This document shows positions 1 to 12,200 of a stretch of DNA of 64,000 nucleotides, in pieces. Position 1 is the first letter of the stretch; each line of letters begins with the position of its first letter. This stretch comes from Antedon mediterranea (lineage: Eukaryota > Animalia > Echinodermata): positions 10,096,201-10,160,200 of the forward strand of contig NC_092670.1 in the NCBI RefSeq assembly GCF_964355755.1. Reading direction: 5' to 3'. Position numbers and translations under genes: made by a program. The notes beneath the pieces were generated by a model. It was given only the letters and a program-made list of their open reading frames with translations, was not told where the DNA came from and searched no databases.

Positions 1-59
1 ATTATAATTAATTGAGGATCTTTTGTTAGTTGACGTATTATGACACGAAAGTTGTAAAG

Positions 60-244
60 ATGTCAAGGGTATTGTTGATTGAGGCGTTCTATGCTGGCTC
101 CCACTCTCAGTTGATCGACACTCTTGAGAAAGGCCTAGAAGGATGCGCTGTCAAATACACTTTGCCAGGGAAGAAGTGGCATTGGAGAGCACGGACATCA
201 GCTCTATATTTTTCCGAAGTAATTTCACCTAGCCAAGAATACAG
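60..244 (+). CDS. GTDC1: GTDC1 coding exon 1
   Basis: ATG at 60; [15 protein letters not shown]...[14 protein letters not shown]; donor AG|gttaag at 245. Confidence 0.92.
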
Positions 245-3200
245 GTTAAGAGTTGTGCATTATATTTTGACAGCAAAGGTCATAATCTTTATTTTTTTAT
301 CAATACCCTTTCTGTTGTAATAACAGAGGTGCCAACTTCAAAAAGTAAAAATCGAGGAAACAATTTTGAAGATACCCAAACAATAAAGGTTACCATAAAA
401 GTTGGAAAATATTCATCGGAATATAATAGAGGGCGCTATTAAAAACAATCATCAGCATTTGCATAATTAAAATATTTATTAAAATAGTATTGTATTTACC
501 CTATATGCTATATGTAAAAGTACACCAGATATTCGCCTACCTGGGAAATTCTTTCCCACTTGGGGCAAATCCAATGTATATATATATATCCCGTATCAAT
601 AATATAGTACTTGCTTATAATAGCCGTCTATATTGTCACCATGGCAAAACTGCCCTGATTTCAGGTTTCTCCCAACCATCTGCGCATGCCCCAGACGTCC
701 ATATGTCATGCATACTAAATCAAGGCGCCCGTAGATGGTTGGTATGTTCAGGTCATTCATTCATTGGCCAGCCCCCTGGGGTCGATACTACAATATTAAA
801 CAATGGATATGCCAGAGGTTACCGGACTCTGCAAACTGGGAAGATTTGTTACTAAAATCCAGTTTTACCTATATTTAACAAACAAGCTACTAGTAGAGTA
901 GTAGTAACCTAAATATTAAATCATTCATTTAGATGTTTTTTCCATGTAATAATAATAATCTGGAGAAATTGTCCTTATTAGCAGGAAGTAAGAGATGACT
1001 CAAAATATCGGGGAACTGTAATAAACAATATTATTATACAGATTATTACTTGACGAAGGTGTCCCACGCATTGATATTGTTGCACTGGACTATAGTCGTG
1101 CATTTGATTCCATTTCGCACTCTACAATGATTTCCAAACTGAAAAGAACCTATGGAATTGGTGGTTCCATGTTGCCTTGGTTGGAATCATTTTTAACTGA
1201 ACGTAAGCAACAAGTTGTTTTTAACGGAAAGATGTCCGGCAAGAGTTGCGTAATATCAGGGGTTCCTCAGGGGTCTGTGCTTGGACCCCTGTTATTTAAC
1301 ATATATGTTAATGATCTACATATGCACCTACGTGCAAAACCATATCAATATACAGAGACGACACTTGCATTGCTAAATGTATAATGACGGAGGAAGATAG
1401 TTTATCTCTGCAACAGGACATTGACACGATCTCCTGGTGGTCAGCACTTAATTCACTTTCCATTAACCCTAATAAATGTCAAGTGCTGTCATTGTCCAGA
1501 AAACGAGATCCCGTTGTTCCATCTTGCATTCTAAATGGACATGAACTCATGAACGTTAATGACATTACGTTACTTGGTGTGGTAATATCCCATAATTTGT
1601 CATGGGCACATCAGGTAGATAATGTAACTTTGAAATGCAATAGGATGTTAGGTTTTATACGATCAATTGCCACAGGTTGTTCTACATCTGTTTTACTTAA
1701 ACTTTATAAATGTCTTGTTCTTCCCCATATTCAATATTGCTCCCCTGTTTGGTATCCTTATCGTCAATGTCATATTAATAAGATAGAGAAAATTCAAAGA
1801 AGGGCAAGTCGATTTATCCTTCATCAACGAATCTTAGATCAGCCATATTCTGACCGATTAACTAGACTGAATTTGATGACAGCTGAATCAAATCGAGATT
1901 ATTTTACCGTTATTTTTGTTACAAATATATTGTATAAATTACAGAATAGTTTTATTTTAAATATGTTGACTATCAATTGTAGGCATTTGGATGTTCTAAC
2001 TTTTAAACATCTTGCATCCAAAACTGATAGGAAAGCATTGTATCCCAATCAGATTTATTCGTTTGTGGAATTCACTACCGGTCAATATTAAAGACGCCTT
2101 TGTATGCGGAAGTTGGGTACAATTTAAAAACATGTTAATGGACCACTTTAAAAACACTATGCCTCTTTAATGTATATAATTATGGTATTAATATTACATA
2201 TTTACATTGTTTTATGTTTTAATGTATGCTTTGAGTGCTGGTGTGGCACGCCTTATGGCGACAGTGGTCCTTTGACCTCTTTTGCCACTCCTTGGCACAC
2301 TCAAAGTTTATGTATTGTTTTAATGTTGCTAAAATTGATAAAATAAAATTATTAACTGTTCACTTTTCTTCCCTTAGAATTTTGTTTACCAGTTCAGTAT
2401 TAAATTTAGCAGAGTTGGTAGCACTGCGACCTGATTTGTCTCGGCTGACCAAGATTGTTTACTTCCATGAAAACCAGCTGGTTTACCCTGTCCGAAAACA
2501 AAAAGACAGAGATTTTCAATATGGTTTAATCAAATAATAACATGGTACTGTATATTTATTGTTAGTTTTTAAATTTATAATAGGGAATTGAGAAGGACAG
2601 CAGGGGTGGATCCACGATTTTGAAATATAGGGGTGGGGAGAGGGAGGCTCAGACACAAGCATTTGAGCGTTCGGTAAATACGACCCCTAGATAGTCAGAA
2701 ATGGTACTCGCACACAAAATTTATGATAAAATGGCACCTCCCACTAATCTAGTTGGCCCGGGAAGGACGTTTGTATCATGCGCAGAAAACAGCAAAACGA
2801 TCATACTTTTTCTGGCTGGTAAACACAGTGACGTAACATTTTTTGCATATGTTGCGCATGTTCTGTGTGTAGGTAACTGCTGATTGTTTGATCGTACTTT
2901 ACACAGTGTTGTGTTTTAATGGTAATTTTAAAGTTGTCATCCTGAATACTTACATACTATTCCCCTTGATTTTCAGAAAAATCAATATATTGTTGACGTC
3001 CCAAATGCTTATTTTAATCTGCAGTTATCTTTATCTCTCTTTATTTTGAAAAGTATTTTGCTCAGTCCATAATTTATTCTTCTATCTATGCCCAGATGAG
3101 GTCAATATTTATATGCAAAGGAAAACTTTAAAATTTATTTAATGTTAATTTGCATTTTTCTTTTAGTTTAACTGCTGACATTGTTTTATTCAACTCAAAA

Positions 3201-6200
3201 TACAACATGGAATCTTTCTTGTCATCAATTGGGACATTTTTAAAACTTATGCCTGACTTCCGTCCTAAAGGCCTCGCTGAAAAGATACGACCAAAATCAA
3301 AAGTGTTGTATTTTCCAATAGAATTTCCAATAATGAATGATCCAATAGCAGATGTTATGGAAGGACTGACGTTAGCGGAACAGGCCAGTTCATTACATGA
3401 AAGTCAGGAGGTGTTTGAAAAATCCAAAGACAGGGCTATTAAATCAGGTGTCACCGGAGAACAGACAGTTAGCTGCAGTTCAGTTTTATCACAATTGTCA
3501 TCCCCATTAAAAATAGTATGGGCTCATAGATGGTACAGTCCTAGTGCATGTTTTGACTGCATCACTTATTTAGACTGCTATAATCATTTGAGTGCTATGC
3601 TTATTTAGTCTGCTATACTTATTGACACTGCTATACTTATTTACAGTGCTGTACTTATTTGACTGCTATACTTATTTGACTGCTATACTTATTTGACTGC
3701 TATACTTATTTACACTGCTGTACTTATTTACACTGCTATACTTATTTACACTGCTATACTTATTGACACTGCTGTACTTATTTACACTGCTATACTTATT
3801 TACACTGCTGTACTTATTTACATTGCTATACTTATTTACACTGCTATACTTATTGACACTGCTGTACTTATTTACACTGCTATACTTATTTACACTGCTG
3901 TACTTATTTGACTGCTATACTTATTTACTCTGCTGTACTTATTTACACTGCTATACTGTACTTATTTACACTGCTATACTTATTGACACTGCTGTACTTA
4001 TTTACACTGCTATACTTATTGACACTGCTATACTTATTTACACTGCTATACTTATTTACACTGCTATACTTATTGACACTGCTGTACTTATTTACACTGC
4101 TATACTTATTTACACTGCTGTACTTATTTGACTGCTATACTTATTTACTCTGCTGTACTTATTTACACTGCTATACTTATTTACACTGCTATACTTATTG
4201 ACACTGCTGTACTTATTTACACTGCTATACTTATTGACACTGCTATACTTATTTACACTGCTGTACTTATTTACACTGCTATACTTATTGACACTGCTGT
4301 ACTTATTTACACTGCTGTACTTATTTACACTGCTGTACTTATTGACACTGCTGTACTTATTTACACTGCTATACTTATTTACACTGCTGTACTTATTTAC
4401 ACTGCTGTACTTATTTACACTGCTGTACTTATTTACACTGCTGTACTTATTGACACTGCTGTACTTATTTACACTGCTATACTTATTGACACTGCTATAC
4501 TTATTTACACTGCTGTACTTATTTACACTGCTATACTTATTGACACTGCTATACTTATTGACACTGCTGTACTTATTTACACTGCTGTACTTATTTACAC
4601 TGTCTGAATTTTTACTATTTTGTGCCTAGTTTACCTGGATTTTTTAGTAGTGGTACTTATTCACATTTTTTTCCTTTTGTAGGGAACACGACAAGAATCC
4701 TGACCTTTTTTTTAGAACACTTTATAAACTTCTAGATAGTGGGGAAGACTTCAGGATTTCTGTTCTTGGGGAACATTACTCAGAAATTCCAGGTAATTAT
4801 AAAGTCAGTAGAGGGCAGTGTTAAAAAATATTGTCTGCGATTTAAAGGGGGATTCTGGGTTTAAAATTGCTTTTAAATATCGTTTATTTATTAAATAAAA
4901 AATACAGATATTATAACAATATAGACATGTCAGAATGAAGAAGTAATGACGAGAAATTAAAAAAATTAAATTTCATATACATTTTAGGGTAAATTCATGG
5001 AAAGTCTGTTTTTCAGCAGCTTAGGGAAGTCCATTAATATTCATGAGATATTCACAAAATCACGTCATCAGTGGATTCCAAACTTGCGACGTCAAGCTTG
5101 TACGTTGTGTTCTCTCTCCCCTGTCAAACGACGACCACCCGATCATTGTGAAATACATTTTTTTTAGATTTTCTAAGCTAGGCCTAAAGTGTAATAATAA
5201 CAGTAGTAGCATATATTTATTTGACATTTAATGAAATACAAAATTTAGTACAGATTACGGAGTCATAAATTATACTATTTTTATACCTCGAATAGTACAG
5301 ATCGTATATCGGCTTCACGTACTAGGCTAGGCCTGGATAAGCAAGCCTGCGAGCTACAGCGATTTTAATTGTTTTTGCTTATCCTTGCCTCCTTAGATTT
5401 TCACCTGTCTTGTTTTTGTTACCTTGTTTTAAATGTATTTCAATTTTAAAGGCTAAATAAAGAATGAATGAATGAATGAAGGCCTAGCCTAAATCATTTT
5501 ATTCATGGGTGAGAGCCATTTCTGACTAGGGATTCCATGCCACGATGGCTACGTTAAAACATTGGGGCCATCATTCATGGGCCTAGCTAGCCTATTACTA
5601 AACGATTGGCCCATAAATAACAAAAGTCAGTGGATTCCAAACCCATCCTATCAACCAAACTCCTAAACAATCTAAACCTAAAACGTTCTACAAAAATCGG
5701 CTGTAAATATTGAGGCAAAACAAGGTCCGATCGCCGTCCGCACGTATGGTGTCCCGATCGTCTAATAAGTAGGCCTGAAATAGGCCTAGTTTACTCTCCA
5801 AAAAAGCGGATACTGCATCAAGCAAGTAGACCGGTAGTAGGAAGGAGACCTAGCCTATCCGGCCCAGTTAAAAATTGAGCTAGCTAGTGTAGTAGACCCT
5901 ATGCGAATTGATACTACTAGGCCTTTTACTATAGGCTACACTTGTTAAAATTAGCAATACTGTACTTATGTTTACAAATATTCCAACTCTCTCATTCGAG
6001 CTATATTATCTATACCATTCCGGTAGGTCGAGTCGACCTTCAATCAAATACTGTACATCGTTCATGTTGTAATTTAGACGGGGTATACTCGACCCGACCA
6101 GTTTGGTATTGTATACTGTATCTGCTTATCACGTGACGATGCCAGGCATGGGCAGAGAGAGCACGTGTATCGTCGTCTCGCTCTCCTCGCTCAGCAGGAA

Positions 6201-9200
6201 TGTATACGTTACGCTTCATTGATTTTGAAGGCTTTCCCTAAGTCAGTGCGAAAATCGGCAAACGTAAAGTGCAAACTTATCTAATTTTTCACTGTTTTGA
6301 TGGATTTTCATAGAAAATTGACTTTATAAATGGGAAGACCGACTAAAATTACATCAGATAAGTATAATTTTACAAAAGTAATTGATATGGTTAATGATAA
6401 CGAGTCGTCGGAAGATTGACCATTTCACGAATTTCCTATTCTGTAACCATATTGTGATTTTGCCGTAGCTGCACTTGTAATCTGGCCTCATTTCACAGCC
6501 TTCGTTCTGCTTCACTGGGCGCTTATATAAATTGAAACTTTTACCGTTCAAGAGACAAACAAATATATTTTACATTTTTTACTATTCATTTTAAACCCGG
6601 AACCCCTCTTTAAAAACATTAAATATCATTTATTTGTACTGCCACTGTTTAACATTCCTAAAGAAGCTAGAATAAATTATGGTATTGTTCAAATTCGATA
6701 AAATCAGTAGAGGGCAGTGTTAAAAAATATTGTCTGCGATTTAAAAATATTATAAAATATATCATTTATTTGTACTGCCACTGTTTAACATTCCCAAAGA
6801 AGCTAGAATAAATCATAGTATTGTTCAAATTTGATTGAATAGCGACTCTGTTTAGTACGGCGGAACAGCACTAGTCCCTGAATTACACATGTGCACTAGA
6901 GATCAGATTGATACGCCCTCATCTTTCAGTATTTTAATTCACAAAGTGGGATCTACCTGTTTTTATATAGATATTTTCACTGAGGCTTATGAGAGTCTGA
7001 AAGATAATATAGTTCATTGGGGTTATCAGCAGTCAAAAGAGGACTACTATCAAGTATTGATAGAGGGCGATGTTGCTGTATCAACGGCCAAGCACGAGTT
7101 TTACGGTGTTGCAATGTGAGTAGTTTTAATTATTGTTTAACAGTTCGATTAGGCCCTCTACAGACACAGAAGCCATGGTCCAGATGCCTATCATAAACGA
7201 CAGGAGCTGAAATGGACCAGTACATTGGGGTAACCCCCTAAACTCTACCGTAAGATGTTTTTTTTTAATGTACACAAGGCCCATGGACTCCAGTTTTAAG
7301 TTTTTTCCAAGATGTCTTGTTGTAGCACCAGAATAATATTCAAGGAGAGCCTGGAACCTGTACTGATGTTATGGCTTTATTTTTTGGCGCCCCTAAACCA
7401 AAAGACAAGATCACCTAAAATTTAAGTATTTAAAGTTTACAATACTTGGTGTTGTATAATATGGAATAGCCACTCTCTAATTTCTTTGCGTTCACCATTA
7501 TAGCTTTACTCCGATTATAAATTTTGAAATAGTTACTGGAAGCCTGATGTATATTTATTAGGCGTCATCTAAAAATTATTTCAGACCACAGAGACACGTC
7601 TGAAAACTTGCAACCCATCAGACGCGTCTGTCCAATGCTGAACCTCATTAACGATCTATTATGAATATTCATGAGCTACCCAATCGCGGCGAAGACGCGT
7701 CTGTGTGATTAAAACCCGTCTTCGCTGTTTAGTAGGTAAAACAATAGAAAACGCGTCTGAGTGATTAAAACCCGTCTGTATTGCTTGTATGGTGAAACAA
7801 CATTGGTATCATTTCACAGAACCAACAAATCTGAGACTAGGCCTAGGTTATCCTAATTTGGACGGAAATTCGCCGATGAGACGACATCGGGCCTGTGGAC
7901 CTCAGCTCATGCAGAGAGAAAGAAAGTCTAGGCTAGCCTAGTTTCGGCGGCCTACACACTAGCTAGGCCTATAAATTATTTAATGCTCCTACCTTGGGTT
8001 AGCGAATTATAAAAACAACGACGCCTAGGCTAGGATATGAAAAATAAATATATTTTCCATATTAAGATAAAACATGAGCAGTTTAGAGCTAGAGAGAGAG
8101 TATTATGTTTCATGTCATGTGACACAAAATCCAGGTACACGATCTTAATTACTGTTTTATCGTCGTCCAGACGGCAGCCGCCAGAGTATCGCCTTTCATG
8201 CCATGTGACCAAAAAAACTAGGTCTGTATTTATTACGGTCTTCTGTCGGCAGTCTTTTTGAGCGACCGACTGAAAACGTTCAGATTCTATATTTAGAATG
8301 AATAGTTTACGATCTTTTTTTCTCGGCATCGTTCTGGATGGACTGGACGTTCGCTATAATATGTTTATTAAGCCCCTTTCTCACAGATGTGCCTGCAATA
8401 TACCGGTACAGTGCTGGCGTCGTGCCGGTATCGTTACCGGCATATACCCATTCTCATCGGACTATCGTGCCGGAAATATAACCGGTATATACCGGCTTTC
8501 TGTGAGAAAGGAGTCGGGCATATTCGGCCAATAAAAAGTCTCTGACAAAATAATTATTGAGGGCGTCCTTTATTGTTATTATTTTTGTCTAGCGATGATA
8601 TGGCGGCGAATGTTAAGTTACAGATTATTATCTTCCTTTATAGCATATTTATGCAATACATGCTATGTACAGTATATTGTGCATATATTATACAGGTATA
8701 GCAATTAATTTGCCGTCATCGGCAATCTGTAAAACACCTTAGAAGGCTGTAGGCCTACAATTTACAAGGCGACGAAAGGTCAGGCACCAACAAACAAAGA
8801 GCTAATAATGGCCTAGCCTAGCGGCCTATATAGATTATGCTACAAATTTCTTCTTGTCCCCTTATTTTAAGCAGCTCTCTTATCTCATTATCCCTCCAGT
8901 TCCACATTATTATTGTTAATTGAATTGAATAGGCGCCAAAGTGATACACTTGACTGCGCAAGGTGTCAAAGCCTCGACGGGGAACCCCGGAATATAACGG
9001 CAATACGTTCTCACAGAATGCCCGTCTGGCATTGCGGGGAATATCCCTAGAATATTACTAGGTCTAAAGCAGGTCATGTCGATGCCGGCATGGTGCCGGC
9101 ATGATGCCAAGACGACCCGTTCTCACAGAAAACCATACCGGCATGGTAATGGTATATTCCCGCAATATTCCTGGCACACAACTCTGTGAGAAAGGGGCTT

Positions 9201-12200
9201 TAGTTGGCCTGTTCGTTGAGGTTCACTTGTGTTGGATCGCGTGTCTCTACGTTTACATCGTGGGAAATTTATATTTATATTCGCCGTTGAGTAGGTAAAG
9301 ACGCACGAAGGAAACGATTACGATTAAAAAATATTATATATTTACAACTTGGTCCTCCGCCAGTTAAATTTAACACATTAATTTCACACCTTCTTACTTC
9401 ACTAATATCGTATAGGGTTGTTTATTTAGGTTACGAACTCCCTACAAAGTTCAGAACGTAGCTCATTGAGGTTACGAAGCCAAACAATGGAACCTACGAA
9501 GCCAACAAAGTAGCCTACGAAGCTACTTCGTAGGTAAAGTTGCAGTATTTTCTTTCTGTACTGTAGGTCAATAGTTTTAGTAATTCCATGTTCCAAAAGT
9601 TAACTTTAACGTTTTTGCATGTGGTAAATTCACTCTTTAGCACAAGAAAAATAAAATCGCAAAAATAAAAGGTCGCGAATAAATAGAAACGAAAATTTGC
9701 GCTTTACAGTATACTCTGTCGGCGGTAAAAGGGTATACCTGTACTGATTTGTTTGTCTTATACTGCCGGTTGTAAATAATAATTTAATATCACGCTCTCA
9801 ATGAATTCACTTGTATGTAGCGCGTTTAACACCAGTACACAGTATAACAATGTGCAGTCAGCCGTATATAGGGGCGGGGCCATAGTCGAACATGCATATT
9901 GGCGTCTAGACGCAGCCAAATCAGACGGGCTTTGAGACGCGTTTTTGGGTAAACAATAGAAAACGCGTCTGGACGCTGATTTGTGGTCTGAAATAATTTG
10001 TAGATGACGCCTTACGTCAGAATGTATAAACAAAATTTTCAAAAATTCTATCAACTAAAAGTTGAAGTAAATCACGTCTCTAGTCCATTCTCAGTTGCCA
10101 CACTTGTGTTGTTTACTCTGAAATAACCGTTTAATAATCTCTTTGCTTTCTCATGTCCATTCTACAGTTATCACAGATTGACTAGTTTAGTCATACCCAG
10201 TATCGTTTTGGTTTTACAATTAATTGAGAATATACCTCATGCAAGTATTTAATTAGGCCCTGTTTCTGCTTCCAACTAAATACCGTATATTATACGGTAT
10301 TTTTTGAATACCGTATATATACGGTATATTTTTGGCAGCAGAAACTGCGCTCATAAAAAATATACCGTATTTTTTATACCGTATTTTCCCCACAAAATTT
10401 GTGGATAAAATACGGTATTTACAAATTTATACCGTATTTTTTGTACCCGTTTCTGCTGCCAATAAAAAATACCGTATTTTTTTTTTACATGACAAAAGGT
10501 CAACATTTGTATTTTTATTTTCTGTCGCTGTCAGCTGTTTTACACACGTGTATATATAATATATTCGGCGAAAATGTGGAGCGAAGACGTCACAGTTTTA
10601 CTAAATAAATTTGTGTGGGGAAGCTAAAATGTCTGGCCAACTAAAAGGTAATAAAAGGGACAACCACATTTATAAAGACATTTCTAAAAAACTAAAGCAG
10701 GAGTATGGAATAGACTTGTCTCCAAAGCAAGTAAACTCAAAGCTAAAGAGCCTGCGAAAGCAGTACAACATTGCAAAATACAATAACTCGGGGAGGGAAC
10801 GAATTAATTGTCCCCATTACGATGTTTTCTGTGCTCTCACAACATCTCTTTCACTAGGGCTAGGCTGTTGAAAGTGAGACGTAAAACTTCCTTTATTGCA
10901 ACTTTTAATTATCGATCAAATAAATGAATGGCAATTTGGGTAAAAAAGATGAAATTTAACACGACCACCCAAGAAGTATTGTTAGCAGAAACGGGGTACT
11001 AAAAAATACGGTATAAAAAATACCGTATTTTATACCGTATTTTTATACCGTATTTTGAGCAGTTGCAGCAGAAACAGGCCCTTAGAATTATTTCAGTTTG
11101 TTTTATTTTTGCTCAGTTACTTTTGTCATTGAAACGTAGTAACATTCAATAAATATACAACATGGCATATGTTGATATTTAAGGTGCTGCAAGGTCCTAA
11201 AGTATGAACTCCTAAAGATTGGTGTTCTCTTTATCACTGCCCTCTTGTAACCGTACTTTCTTTTGTTGCTATAGCAACTGATGCTTTTATTAGAACATTT
11301 AGGGGTTAAAGATGTATTGTCCCCCTGAAAAAATAATTCTTAACAACATTTTTATTGAATATGCCATTTTAATGTAACATAATAGTTATCGACTTTGACC
11401 AAAAATTGAATTGAAAAAAAATGTATTTATCTGAAAAAAACTGTAATTTAAAGCAAAAAATGGCCAAATTGGCTGCCAGCCAGTGGGTTTTTGGTTGAAT
11501 TTAACCATTTATTTAATCAATTTGTAGGTGAAAACATTTTTTTTTCTATATGGAACTGATTAACTTTTTTAAAACCACAAAATAACATATTCAAAGTCTG
11601 ATTTAATTAACCTTTTTTTTCATGTTTTTGGGGGACAATACATCTTTAATAGGTCAAACCCCTTTATGTTTTTTTTTGTTTTAGCTGAAAGTGATTTTTT
11701 ACACTAATACATTCAAAGCTTTAGATTTAGATCTTAAATTTTGTTTGGTACTTTCACTTTACCTTGGAAAATACATCAACATTCATCTTGTGTTTGCTTA
11801 TGTCACTAATTTCTTAGATCAAAACCAATATAATAAGATATATGTAGCTACATGTACATTTTTATTTCATTTTTAATCAATTCAAAACAAGATTCAATTT
11901 AAAAACTTTAGCAAACACCATTACAAATACTCCTAAAACTACTAGAATATAATTAATTAGAATATCATTAATTAAAATATAGGAAATACTGATTTATGAT
12001 TAGATATCAATTTGATTTTATTAATTAAAAAGCAATAATAATAATTCAATTCAATTCAAATTCAATTACTTTCACCTTTACCTTGGAAAATACATAAACA
12101 TTCATCTTGTGTTTGCTTATGTCACTAATTTCTATAAAAACCAATATAATAAGATATATAATATGTAGGCCTACATTCATTGTAAGTTTTTTTTTCATTT

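Noticed and set aside
490-855. 121-aa ORF in GTDC1 intron 1
   Set aside because: TTG start, no recognisable motif, no splice support.
3593-4603. CRISPR-like array
   Set aside because: Head-to-tail repeats with no unique spacers, eukaryotic context, no cas genes.
3693-4629. Several hydrophobic ORFs (YTAILI / TLLYLF repeats)
   Set aside because: Translation artefacts of the 18-bp minisatellite within a GTDC1 intron.
11691-11876. Similar small + strand ORFs here and at 59034..59219
   Set aside because: They reflect duplicated non-coding FReD 3' flanks; GTG starts, and the third paralogous flank lacks the ORF.
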